Source: Octopus vulgaris (Eukaryota). From it: 64,000 nt of DNA. The notes under the pieces were generated by a model. That model did not search any database. It had not been told where the DNA came from and worked only from the letters and a program-made list of their open reading frames with translations. The position numbers were made by a program, and so were the translations under genes. Position 1 is the first letter of the stretch, and the number at the start of each line of letters is the position of its first letter. The stretch spans positions 58,838,001-58,902,000 of the forward strand of contig OX597831.1 of the NCBI GenBank assembly GCA_951406725.2, written 5' to 3'. Positions 14,451-26,989 of this stretch are shown here, one piece after another.

Positions 14451-15296
14451 TTCATCCTATCTAATTGTTGATATAACCCAATACTACTGAACGTTGCAAA
14501 TATGATTGTTAGGAGCTTCATCGAACTTTTAAACTTATATCCCTGTGAAACTCAGTGGAATTTCTAAGAGCAATTAATCGTTTAAACACCTTTTCCGAGT
14601 TCTCCCCCCGATACTTTAACTTCAACTAAAACCCTTTCTTTTTCTATTTTACCATTGATACAAAGAAAATTGTCGGAACAGGTTTGATATTTCAAAAGAT
14701 CTGATAAGAAATTTCATAATACGTTCTGAGATCCTGGCGCGCCTAATCGATCGTCGTGCTATATAAAACTTATAGTCCACTCTGCGTTCGCTATCAAAAA
14801 TTTCAAACATAATGAAAGTGTACCGAGGAATTCCTCAGGTAGATCCTGCGATGTAAGTGCAGTACCGAAGGCGTAAGTGTTGAACGTGCTCCCGAGGCGC
14901 ACTACTATGCATATACCTAGTACAAGGTGTTAGATACTACATTTTCCTATCTAAAGTTTCCTATTTAAACTTTGATTTAAAATAAACCTATGTATGTATT
15001 ATGTATATATATACATATATATATATAACATTACAAATCCAAAAGTATGAGTACATAATATACCTATATATATAATTATAACAATGACTGTCTTTACCGA
15101 AAGTATTAGAAATAGCAGCCATTCGACTGTTATTTCTTCCACTACAAAAATATGTCCCACAGACAACAGTATTTGTAACTCACTATGTTACAAAAACAAC
15201 GAAATCAAACAATGTCCGGTCAATTAGGGACGCATACGTGTCTGGATTAAAATCAGAGATTCATTTCCTTTATCAACACTTTGGTCTCTTATAAGT

Positions 15297-15590
15297 ACCT
15301 ACCTACCTACCTACCTACCTACCTACCTACCTACCTACCTACCTACCTTCCTACCTACTTACATTCCTACCTACCTACCTACCTACCTACCTACCTACTT
15401 ACCTACCTACATACATACATACATACCTACGTACGTACGTACGTACCTACCTACCTACCTACCAACAAACCAACCTACCTACTTACCTACTTACCTACCT
15501 ACCTACCTACCTACCTACCTACCTACCTACCTACCTACCTACCTACCTACCTACCTACCAACCTACCTACCTACGTATCTATCTATCTCT
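15297..15590. repeat. (CCTA)n-based tetranucleotide microsatellite
   Basis: Directly visible; accounts for the YLPT-repeat ORF 15281..15667. Confidence 0.95.
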
Positions 15591-15846
15591 ATCACATACT
15601 TAACGCTATTTCTAATACTTACGGTATGTGGTCTAGCAACCTGTTGCAAAGACACTCATTGTTATAATTTTACCAAATATGGTCCTTTTCCATGCCGAAA
15701 AACTACTCGGTGAAATTTGTTGATTTTATTAAATTAATTAATATTTCACCCTTTATCTGTATTGATTATATATATATATATATTTATAACATTACAAATC
15801 CAAAAGTATGTGTATATATACCTTTATATACATTATAAATATAAAA

Positions 15847-15913
<67 letters not shown>

Positions 15914-15944
15914 AGGCCTAAGTGTGCTTACGACGCTACATTTT

Positions 15945-16759
15945 ATATATAAAAAGTACGCAAAACATCCTGGCAGTTAGGTGATACGAAGACTTGAGAA
16001 CAAAATATCCAAGCAGACGATACACGGAAAGCAAGGACGGAAATTCGGAGTTTTCTATCCTCAGTCGAGTTCCAGATTATCTTAGTAATACTCGCGATTG
16101 TTCCAATCTGGGCAGCCCCAAAGAAAAAATAAGCTAAGAGCTTTAGATTCCTTGAAAGTAAGCAGCGAATGCATACGAAGACAAGGCCGAAAAAAACCCA
16201 GAAATGTTGCACAAATACAAATGGGCGTGTTGGGAAGTAATGACTTACGGCATGAACATAGGATATAACAGGAACAGGGACAAATATTGATGTTGCACGG
16301 ATGGTAGTCAAACCAAGAACGACAGTTCAGGCCTGGCCGAACACCGGTGGAGAGAGAAGAGAGAGAGGTAGAGGCAGAGGGATAGAAGAATTAAGGAGGG
16401 GCGAGAAAAAAATGAAGGAAAGTGAACATGAAGTGAAGGCCAGGAAATGCGAGAGAGGGGGAACGATAGAACGAATGAACGTAGTGCCAAAGGGTTCATA
16501 GAAAGAAGGAAAGAATGAAAGAATGCAAAGAATAAAAAAGTCGCAGAAAATGTGTATATATATATATACTTACATATAAGAGACAAGAGTGTACGTACGT
16601 TGCTACATGTTATACATAACAAATTACAAAAACGGGACAAGAACGATTGAGGATAGAAAACTCCGAATGACCCGTCCTTGTTTTCCCTCTATCGTCTGTC
16701 TAGATATTTTGTGGTCCCTTTTGTCTGGATGTTTTGTGTTCTTATACCATTTTAGTGCG

Positions 16760-16760
<1 letters not shown>
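15945..16760. mobile_element. Non-coding Penelope-LTR-like element with inverted terminal segments
   Basis: gcaaggacggaaattcggagttttctatcctcagtcg (~16031-16067) is inverted at cgattgaggatagaaaactccgaatgacccgtccttg (~16644-16680); homologous to the 27011-28467 family (gggcagccc, ctaag..ttagat); flanked by (TA)n and (AAT)n. Confidence 0.6.
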
Positions 16761-16818
<58 letters not shown>

Positions 16819-17053
16819 TGAAGGAATATTATTCCAAGCTTACACGTAAAAATTCAATTTAGAAACACTAAGTCAAATTTCACAATACATAATATATATT
16901 TGTTTTAAATATTTTAATTAATTTTATCGTATTTTTTATTCTATTTTTTTTTATTTGAGCAAGAATATATTTGCTTCGATATTTCGTATTTTACAAGATT
17001 ATTTACGTATATTTATTAATTCATCTAATTAATTAATTTATTCTCTTTATTTT

Positions 17054-17148
17054 TAACATGAAGAGTGGCTATATTTATATTGAAGTGATTTTACTATCAT
17101 TATTATTATTATCATTTCTTAAATATAGCCACGAAACACGTGTCGTTA
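17054..17148 (+). ncRNA. Type I hammerhead ribozyme motif (core C3->A, probably inactive copy)
   Basis: taac-ATGAAGA-gtggctatattta-[42 nt]-taaatatagccac-GAAA-cacgtg-TC-gtta: stem I 4 bp, perfect 13-bp stem II, palindromic stem III, GUC cleavage triplet. Confidence 0.8.
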
Positions 17149-17337
17149 TTTTACCCAATATATACATTTTATTTACTATTTTGCGCATTACTTAATCATT
17201 GCTATATATTTCATCTTATATTTAATCCTTCTACATGTAATTTTTCTAAATGGTATAATTTAATTTTTCATTATTAACTTGATAAAAGGTTGTTTTTTTA
17301 TAATTTATATCACATACACACACACAAACACACACAA

Positions 17338-17425
<88 letters not shown>

Positions 17426-17899
17426 TTACCGGATTTGCAATTTCTAATTTATCTTTGGAAAAGGACAGCTAAAGAAAATAAATCAACGTCAAGCAAGCAT
17501 TACAATAATTTTATATTTATTATTCAGAGTATTTTCTAAGGAAAGAAGCATATCCTGCCAAATATACTCCTGAACAGAAATAAAAGTAAAGTAGTAGCAC
17601 AAGTGGAACGATTTTCATTACACATCATTTAAACAAGTATGCTTTGTTGTTTAAACAACAATAATAACGAAAATTACAAGAAGTATGGTAAATAATTGAA
17701 TAATATTGTATCATGCTTATATATTTATGATCATCTGTATTTTATGGACTGTATATTGTGATTTTCGCTTCATTTGATCAGTATGACAAAAAGATACATT
17801 TATATATATGCATATTATACACACAGTCACACAAACACACACATACACACATGCACACGCGCACACACACATACACACATACACGTAAGTATGTAAATT

Positions 17900-17949
<50 letters not shown>

Positions 17950-18179
17950 CATACACACATATTCAGGTACACATACAAACATATAATTTCTTCCACTATA
18001 AATTGATAAAAGCCAATTAGAACGTTGACAAACATTTAACAATCTAATTCTTTTCTAGATTATTCAAACGTTATCCATTTAAATAGAAAATATTTTAAAT
18101 ATTTTAATGTGTGTTTAGCTTCCGATAAGTGCGCTTTTATCTATTCTTTTATTATAGTCCCATTATCTGACATGCACAT

Positions 18180-18192
18180 ATGTGTGTATATA

Positions 18193-18285
<93 letters not shown>

Positions 18286-18315
18286 ACATATATATTTATA
18301 TATATATGAGTGTGC

Positions 18316-18357
<42 letters not shown>

Positions 18358-18387
18358 ACATATATATTTATATATATATGAGTGTGC

Positions 18388-18420
<33 letters not shown>
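18180..18420. repeat. (TA)n array containing a duplicated interrupting unit
   Basis: tgtatacatatatatttatatatatatgagtgtgcgta occurs twice (~18281 and ~18353). Confidence 0.9.
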
Positions 18421-18424
<4 letters not shown>

Positions 18425-18865
18425 TCATAGTCATGACATATACAGGAACAAGCGAAGCTATCTGAAGATATATATATTTACGTATATCTTCCGCTTACCA
18501 CCGGAAATGAACAACGACAAATGTTACTCGCTCCAGTAAATACATAAATGAGAAACAATCTTCGTGAAGAATAGTAAAAAAATATAAAGAATACCTGAAT
18601 ACACAAACGTCACTTTTATATTTATATATACTCATAACTGTTTCCCTCTCTCTTTACTTTTCTATTTCCACCTTCCCACCATGTTTCTCTTTCTCTCTTT
18701 GGATATACATCTGCATAAATATACATTCATGTACACGCATATTACATATTACATGTATGTATGAATACATGAATGTACGTTTGTGTCTATGTATGAGTGT
18801 ATCCACACGCACACACTCACTCTCACACATATATATGCATACAAATATATAAGCATATACATATA

Positions 18866-19300
18866 CAGTGTGTCCAATGAAATGTAGACACAAATTAAAA
18901 TTGTATAAGTATTACTGTTTTATTAAATTACATTACATTTTGAAAATTTTATGGAATCAACAATTAGAATTTAATTCTTCTATGAACGACTGTTTTTAAA
19001 CTGGTAATAATTCTGGTCCAGAGACTGAAAATACTGCGAACCAATGCAACCACAACCACCATGAAACATTTTGTGCGGTATTTGTGCGTATTCTTGCTCA
19101 ATTACTCAACACAATTGGTAAAGTGTTGCCTGTTTGGTACGGCATTATATTGTCTGTTACGTATCCCCGGAAAAATAAGTTCTGTGGTGTAAGTTCAGAA
19201 TACTTAGAATATAAATGTTCTAATAATTAGCGACGCATACTTAATTTTGAAATTTCAATTTCATGATTCACGTACTCCACAGATTCTCTTAAGCTCTGGC
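18866..19300 (-). mobile_element. Decayed Tc1/mariner-superfamily transposon, 3' end
   Basis: TA followed by the TIR-like cagtgtgtccaatgaaatgtagacac; minus translation SKYSELTPQNLFFRGYVTD resembles PRSPDLTPLDFFLWGYLKD. Confidence 0.55.
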
Positions 19301-20084
19301 AGTATGTTTCGAGAGTCCACGATCATCTGAAATGTTTCTGACGAACAATTGGAATATTTCCAGTTGCTTTAAACTCATCACTAATTTCTAGCGATGCTCT
19401 TATTAGGAGGTTTGTTTGAAAAAACAACTCCTAAATTGATTTTTCTTATACGACTGCCATTTAAATTGTCAGTTGTCTCCTTTCTCCCCATTTCGAACAA
19501 TCAGCGACAATATGCGTCTTGGAAGATAGTTGTCCCCATGAATACCAAAATAACATTTTTGATTTATGGAATGACAAAGTTAAGAAGAAAACGGGACAGT
19601 GGAGACATGACTGTAGAAAACAAACGAAAACAAAGATGGAGGCTCGTTAGACCTGAACGAGGAAAAATAGTGAAGACTGAGAGATATATTTCCTTTCCAA
19701 AGAGAAAAGATAGAAGACATGGATAGGAGACGTCCACTCCTTAGAAAATCCGTGCCGGGAAGAAAGACGGTCACGTCAGGAAAAGAAAGATGAACGATGG
19801 TCACGTGTGAGTAACGAGAGAGAGAAAAAGAAAAAGAAGGCGAGAGGCAGAGGCAGATAGAGAACGGTGAGAGGGAAAAGACGGAATTAGAGAAGATAGT
19901 GGACACAGTATAGAGTAGAGTCGCATCAAAAAGGTTAACATAAACTTATTTATACCTATATATACGAGTGAGTGGACAAACTCACTCGTAAAGAGGAGTC
20001 GACAAATTTAGTAGGAGTTAGATCTATTATTTAGAACGGCTTGAATCGTCTCCTTGCCACTTCAAGTACATACATACATACACA

Positions 20085-20147
<63 letters not shown>

Positions 20148-20440
20148 ATGTATACATGCATAGATATGTGTGTGTAAGTGAGTATGTATATCAATAAATT
20201 TTTTTCATCCTAGAAGGCTTCCTCCAATGGAATTTAATTAAAAATATGTAAGAAATGGAATTAGATTTAAAAATATGTAATTATAAATATTTTATTAAGA
20301 AAATAATGTCATCTGACTATTTAATAACTTACTGCATATGTGTACACATACACAAACAAAAACGTTCAAACACACACATACGTGCGCACTCATACACACT
20401 CCCGCGCACGCACACAAATACACACGTATATCTATGTATA

Positions 20441-21570
20441 TACGAGGTTTGGCTGAAATGTTCATAAGATAACTATGAAGTAGTGATACTTGAGACGTGA
20501 AATCTTGCATGCAGTAATTTCAACTCCTTTTATTAATAACTTTATCCTCTCCAGGTAAATTGACATATGGCTGTTACAAGAAATTTTCAAAACTATCTAG
20601 TAACAAATTCTCTCCAATATTTGGCATTGTGCTGTTATCAATTCTGAGACCCCTTTCGGTCACGACACAGATCATGGGATTGCACATAGAAAGTTACCCC
20701 CCCCCACCAGGCACAAGTCCGGACAAGGTTGTTTATGGAAGACCAGCAGTCGCCCATGCATACCGGCCTCCCCTCTCCACGCCACCAGTGTTATCTAAGG
20801 GAAAGGAAAAGGCCGATACAGCTAAGCACCTGTGACGTCACAACTCATTTCTACAGCTCAGGGAACTGGAGCAAGGCAAAATAAAGTGTCTTGCTCAAGA
20901 ACACAACATGCAGCCCGGTCCGGAATTCGAACACACAACCTCACGATCGTAATATCGACGCTCAAACCACTGAGAAATGCGCCTTCACTTGCAGAAAATT
21001 ACTTGCAGAAAAACGGCTTATCACCCAAGGATATTCATGCTGATATGGTTGCTACATTAGGGAATGAAACTGTAGATTTATCAAGAGTGGAAATGTGCGA
21101 AACTAAATTTAGGATGAAAACTGAGTTTTCAACATGCTGCAACGATTGGGTGTCCTCCACCTGCCATCGTCAAGCAAATAATTGATCCAGTTCATCACAT
21201 GGTCAAGGATGACAGGAATATTGCATGAGAGGGTCGAGTGTATTCTGCGCAATGAATTTGGCATTACGGTTTCTGCTCAGTGGGTGCCACCTCTTTTGAC
21301 GCTTAATCAAAAGCATACCAAGCTGATCACATCACGAAAAATAAAAATGGTGTTGCTTTAGGCTGATTCTGTTCCAAGAAGAGTTTCGCTTCATCGCTTT
21401 GAATCAGAAACAAATAGACAATCGATGGAAGAGAAAAAACACTCCTCATCTTTTCCAACGAATACCGAGATATTTTTATCTGCATAGATGATTATTACCC
21501 CCGTATTTTGGAGTGCAAAAACCATTGTGTTTGTTAACTATCTTCTATAAACACCATCAATGGAGAGTGA
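20441..21570 (+). mobile_element. Mariner 5' half, interrupted by a SINE
   Basis: TIR-like tacgaggtttggctgaaatgttcataag; translation YLQKNGLSPKDIHADMVATLG ... SAQWVPPLLT ... VFWSAKTIVFVNYL; same family as 55113-56342. Confidence 0.85.
20643..20988 (-). mobile_element. Full-length tRNA-derived SINE inserted in the mariner
   Basis: rc head gtgaaggcgcatttctcagtggtttgagcg...gttcgaattcc (A/B boxes), followed by gttgtgttcttgagcaagacact. Confidence 0.85.
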
Positions 21571-22015
21571 TTCCTGTCAAAACAGTGGTCCAAGATGTGA
21601 TTGTATGATTGTATGATTGTGTTGCTTAAAAACGGCTAAATGTTGAATATCCATCATGCAGCGTCTCCACGCAATAGGATTCTCCAATACATTGGATATC
21701 CTGGAGACCATCTTTGCTAGTTTGTAGTACTTTTATCATTCGTTATGTAGCTACATTTAGATTGAACTAAATAAAATTAAATAACCTTATCCTGCATTGC
21801 CTAATCATTTGCCTTTACTTACTACTATAAACTTACATATATATAAGACGATGGTGATGATTATGGTGATGATGATGATGATAATAATAATAATATCTAT
21901 GACAACAACTGTAACAATAATAAATTATATAAATAGATAAAATAAAATATAATTTTAAAACTTTAATAGATATTAAAATGTTTGTACATATATACATATA
22001 TGCATACTACATACA

Positions 22016-22066
<51 letters not shown>

Positions 22067-23517
22067 TCATAAACATAATATATTAAATTAGATAGGTAGA
22101 CAGACAGATATAAAAATAAAAATAGATAAATAGAGATAGAGATATGTCACCGTAATTCACAATTTGGTCCACTTTATCATTTAGTTCAAGCAACATTGCG
22201 ATTAGGATCTCAAAGTTTCAGTGACAGAATTCTTTTATGGTATTACCCATAAAATATGCGTGATTATAATGAAAAATAAGCAACAAGAATGTTTAGTACA
22301 ATTTTATTAAAAGCTGTAAATATTACAGCAGATATAATATGTCGAGTAATCTTCAGCTAATTTTATATAGGCTTTCCAATTATTTAAAGTTCTCAAATCA
22401 ATTAGTAACATCTTAGGGAAGGTAAACATACAGATAAAGATGTAGATATGAATTTCAGGAACATGAGTTAGTATAGTTAGGATGCCAACCAGACCAAAAT
22501 TAAGTTCACAACTAACTGTTGTAAGACAAATGTCCATAGTTATAAGAATGGGGGTAAGGGCAGGTTAAGAAATCAAGTTAGTTGAAGAAAAGAAGGGGAA
22601 ACATTTAGGAGATGTAAAAAACAAACAGATTGTCACTAGAACAAAGGGTCAATCTATTTATGTGGTGACAGAAGATTTAGGTCAGTGTGGAAGGAACACT
22701 AAATTCTTAGGAGACTGTGAAGCTGACCAAACCTTACTTTCAAATGAAAGCCATCAGAATTTTTAGTAGGAATTTAGGTAAGGGGTATATAAAAGAAAGC
22801 TATAAAAGGTGTTTAAGTTAGTAGAGAAAATACATTAAGGAAATCAAGGTTATCACTAGAACAGAAAGCTATTTATTTTTATGCGGTGAAAAAAAATCTA
22901 AGTGTCCAGAGGTCAATTAAATTCTTTTACAAAGGGTAGGGGAACAAAACCTCATCTAATTTATAGTAGATATTGAATTTTATAACTTGGGGAATAGTAT
23001 TAAATGTTAAAATTAGAATAGAATTGGGAAAATGTGCAATTTCAAGATTAAAGTAAGGTTAATTTAGTTGACTATAAAAGTAAATTAGAGGTTGGTATAG
23101 TATATCTCATATCATTATTATATTAAAAAGATACAGTTAGAAAAACTAGGAAAACCTTAAAATTTCTATTTAAAATATTTGAAAGTTCTAATTGTTGAAC
23201 GAATGCAAGACTGACCTAACTCTACACGATTATTTAGTAGATGTTTATTACTTCGATACTTTAAAATTTCATAGGTTTTGCCCTCCTAACTATATCTCAT
23301 TTTAGGTTGTATTCTATATTATTAGTTTTAAGTTCCCAAATTTTGCTAGATAGTGTAGTGCAACTTGCCTTATGTTTCAAACGGAAAGAAAAGAGATTAT
23401 TGCTAATACGTTGTTTAAAATTAATAGAACAACCAAGATAAAAGAAGTTACTGTTAGAAGTTATTATAGTGCATTTGTAGATTACATTTTGGACCGAACA
23501 ACGACCAGAAATTTTTG

Positions 23518-23584
<67 letters not shown>

Positions 23585-23799
23585 CTGCATTCTACTTTGT
23601 AGACATATGTATTTGTTACGACTTATACTCCAATTCGACGAAAAATAGTGATTTAAAAAAAAAGTCTAGTTGTGTTGCGGAGCCTAGGAGAAACATTTAA
23701 CTGCAAACTTCTTTATACACTTTTCTTTTAACCCTTATTTCGAACAGAATATCGATTCCGTGTTACTAATTCCGAAATTTGCAATTTTTGCTCCACCCT

Positions 23800-24360
23800 A
23801 GTGTACACGATACTTTTGAGCACCCATAAGATGTTAAGCTTAGACTTACGTAGCTTGACTCCCTTGGACTCTTAATCTTTTGTTGTATGCATCACAGATA
23901 TAATGCGATTTTATCGCTATTATAAATTTGGTTAGAATAAATGTGCTCTTTGACAACGAACTTGGCAACATCATTTACTCTCTTGACTTGGTTACATCTT
24001 CATGATATGCAGATGTTGTTGAAGGGAATGTCATGAATGCTTCTTGACACTCTGAAATCATCACGAGAGTAATTGAACCCGTTCTATTATTAAGCTGCCT
24101 GACATTTCCACTATCACTCTGGTATTAGTAAAGCCATTCTATTTTAATCATACCATATTTTATTATTCTTCTCATCGTAATTTGCTTTTAGAGTCACTCT
24201 CTCTCTGAAGGATTTCAGAATTTGTAACCTATACTTCTGCACATCATAAACCTCTGATGAAATAATTTTATAGGTTAAGCTCTGAAACCTCAGGGTCCGT
24301 ATTTCGCAATAATTAAAATTTCTCTTGAAACGATATCGACAGTTGATTATGTAAGACAAT
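23800..24360 (-). mobile_element. Decayed Tigger/pogo (CENP-B/Jerky-like) transposase remnant
   Basis: Minus translation VYDVQKYRLQILKSFRERVTLKANYDEKNNKIWYD (HTH-like) and AKFVVKEHIYSNQIYNSDKIALY, resembling EQIYNADETGLYW. Confidence 0.5.
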
Positions 24361-24605
24361 CACATCTCTCACAGAAGTCATAGTCTGGGTAAAATTAAAG
24401 CAACATAATATAAAAGAATGCAACAATCTATGTACCACCATGGGGTGCTGGAGTGTGAAACAAACTTAAATAGTGTGCTACACTAAATTTGTCCAGTGTG
24501 CAGTACAGAATAGCGTTTTCCTGTCGCTGAAACTCAGAGATCCTGTTCGCAATATTCCATGAACTACAAGTCATACCGGCCCAAATTGTAAATTGCACCG
24601 ACATA

Positions 24606-24612
24606 TCTATCA

Positions 24613-24692
<80 letters not shown>

Positions 24693-24712
24693 GTCTATTT
24701 ATCTATCTATCT
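24606..24712. repeat. (TATC)n microsatellite
   Basis: Directly visible. Confidence 0.95.
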
Positions 24713-24769
24713 GCCTGTCTGCCTGCCTGTTTCTCTGACTACCTTTCTAATTTATAATATTTATGTATA

Positions 24770-24806
<37 letters not shown>

Positions 24807-24830
24807 TTATACACATATATACACATTTAT

Positions 24831-24875
<45 letters not shown>

Positions 24876-24879
<4 letters not shown>

Positions 24880-25045
24880 TGGAAAGGAACACACGAGTTG
24901 ATATATATGAAAAAACAAGTCAAAAATAGAAAATGCTAAGATAATTTTATAGTGAATCTTTCAGTACCGGTTTCGCTCATTTTGAGACCTTTTCAACTGT
25001 AACGATTAAATAATTAAATTTAGAAAAATTAGAAGAAAAGTTTTT
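24876..25045 (-). mobile_element. Short Penelope-LTR-like element abutting (TA)n
   Basis: Homologous to 8417-8490 and contains the hammerhead motif at 24959-25002. Confidence 0.6.
24959..25002 (-). ncRNA. Minimal type I hammerhead ribozyme, U3:A8 core variant
   Basis: rc ttacag-TTGAAAA-ggtctc aaaat gagc-GAAA-ccgg-TA-ctgaaa: stem I cag/ctg plus tt/aa, stem II ctc/gag, palindromic ACCGGT stem III, GUA triplet. Confidence 0.7.
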
Positions 25046-26813
25046 TTAAAATAATATTTCTGTAGTAGTGTTCAGATATAAGTAGCATTCTGCCTTTTTC
25101 TGACTCCCTTGTTTGCACTTGTGTGTTCGAGGTCGTTTTTTACGAGAGTAAGCACATAGATGTGAAACAAGATGGAAAAAAGAATACAAAACTGTTCGAC
25201 GAACAGTAACGTGGAATTCTGAGTAACAGCTTTTCATAAATTTCTGTTATATTTCTGGTATAATCATAGCCACAGTTTTATACAATATTATACAAAATGA
25301 AAGTTTTCGTCCAGCATAGTTAATACAGCGGTGTATATTCATATACTAGAAGGCATGTTTTCATACACTGCAGTGTTAAAGTGAAGCGAGAATATTTACG
25401 TCCTATATGTCGTCTCTGATTCTCTATTGTTCGTTGGCCTTATATTATCATGTTGTCAATGTTTATAATTGAGACTTCAGCAGGTGAAACACAACTTCTC
25501 CAAGCGATACTGCACTAGTACATATATAATGTTTATCCTGATAATATACTTGGTCAACTGTTTTAAGAAACCAGCGCTAAGCCTTATATTTACCGACATA
25601 ATGCATGTTCAGATATCGTATTTTTTAAAATTCTCATTTATATCCATACATAGAAATCCCCTTGAGTTGTTTAACACTAGATAAGAACTTACAAGACGCA
25701 ACTTTGCAAAATTCTGACATAGCTCCGAAAGAAATTTGTATTAGTGACAATTTGTTCACCGATCATGTGTTCGTACGCTAATATTTATCTGCAATTAATA
25801 GTCCAATGCATACAATTTTGTCTACAAAAAACTTTATCTGTGTAACAGTTTTTTTATGCATCATTTTGAAGCATATATAATGTAACAACAGAGTGATTAC
25901 TGGCATAAGTAATACAGAATTATTACGAAATTTTGCTTGGAAACCATGATGTGTAGAGCTTGATGCAATACAGGGACAGAGAGTTGTGCGTTTGAGTATA
26001 TTTGCGTGCATATACGCGCGTGCACACACATAAATATGTGCCTCTATGAATGTATATGCATACACATACTTATCCATCACCCGAACAGCTTTTTCCTGGC
26101 AAAAGTGTTATGCCGTCACATCTGCTGGTGTGAGTGTATATCTTTTATGTTCACGGCTTAAATGATATTTTTGGATTTCTGGAAAGTATTAGAGTAAATA
26201 AAAGAGTTACTAGTTTAGATAAATCGATAAAGATGTTGTTCGATAGGCTTCCGTTTCCTTGGGTTGTTTTCGAGACAGTAATTACGAAAGAAAAAACAAA
26301 ATAGTTTCAAAGAATATTGTGGTGGCATCAAGGGAATTGCATTGTAACTTTATATTTTCTATTAGAATATGTGTCTGTAGTAGTTTTTCCATGGCTGGGT
26401 ATTCAGAGGGCTGCAGCGGGTTTTCCTTTAGTAGTCAATGTGTTGTCCTAAATCCCTGACAATCGTTATCAGCAAAACGAATTCATATATAAAAAAAGCA
26501 CGATAAGCCAAGCTAATAATCGGATACAAGTTATATCAGTAAGAAAGTTAGAGGGGCAACTATTTTGACATGGGTAGATTATTGCTGAATATATACACTA
26601 GAATCTCTATCTTACATAAAAATATGCTCGCTTTCATACATACATTCATACATACATTCATCCATTCATACTTATATACATACATACATACATACATACA
26701 TACATACATACATACATACATACATAAATATATACATACATATACATATGCAATCATACATATATGAATGAAAACTTGCATTCATACATACATACGCGTG
26801 CGTGTGTACAATA

Positions 26814-26942
26814 TGCGCAGGCATAGCTTTCGCTAAGCAGACACATTGTTTCGGATTCGTCCCTACTGCGTGGGCAGACATTTTCTTCTATAGACTAGAG
26901 GCGCCTAATGAATTATGAGTAGAAATGGTCGGGGGAAAGTGA

Positions 26943-26989
<47 letters not shown>

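Noticed and set aside
19334-19375. CTGACGA followed by a 9-bp hairpin, as a hammerhead candidate
   Set aside because: No GAAA box or stem III follows.
26100-26560. Possible very old RTE RT fragment on the minus strand (also 42450-42720 on plus)
   Set aside because: Motifs are too degraded to support a feature call without a profile search.
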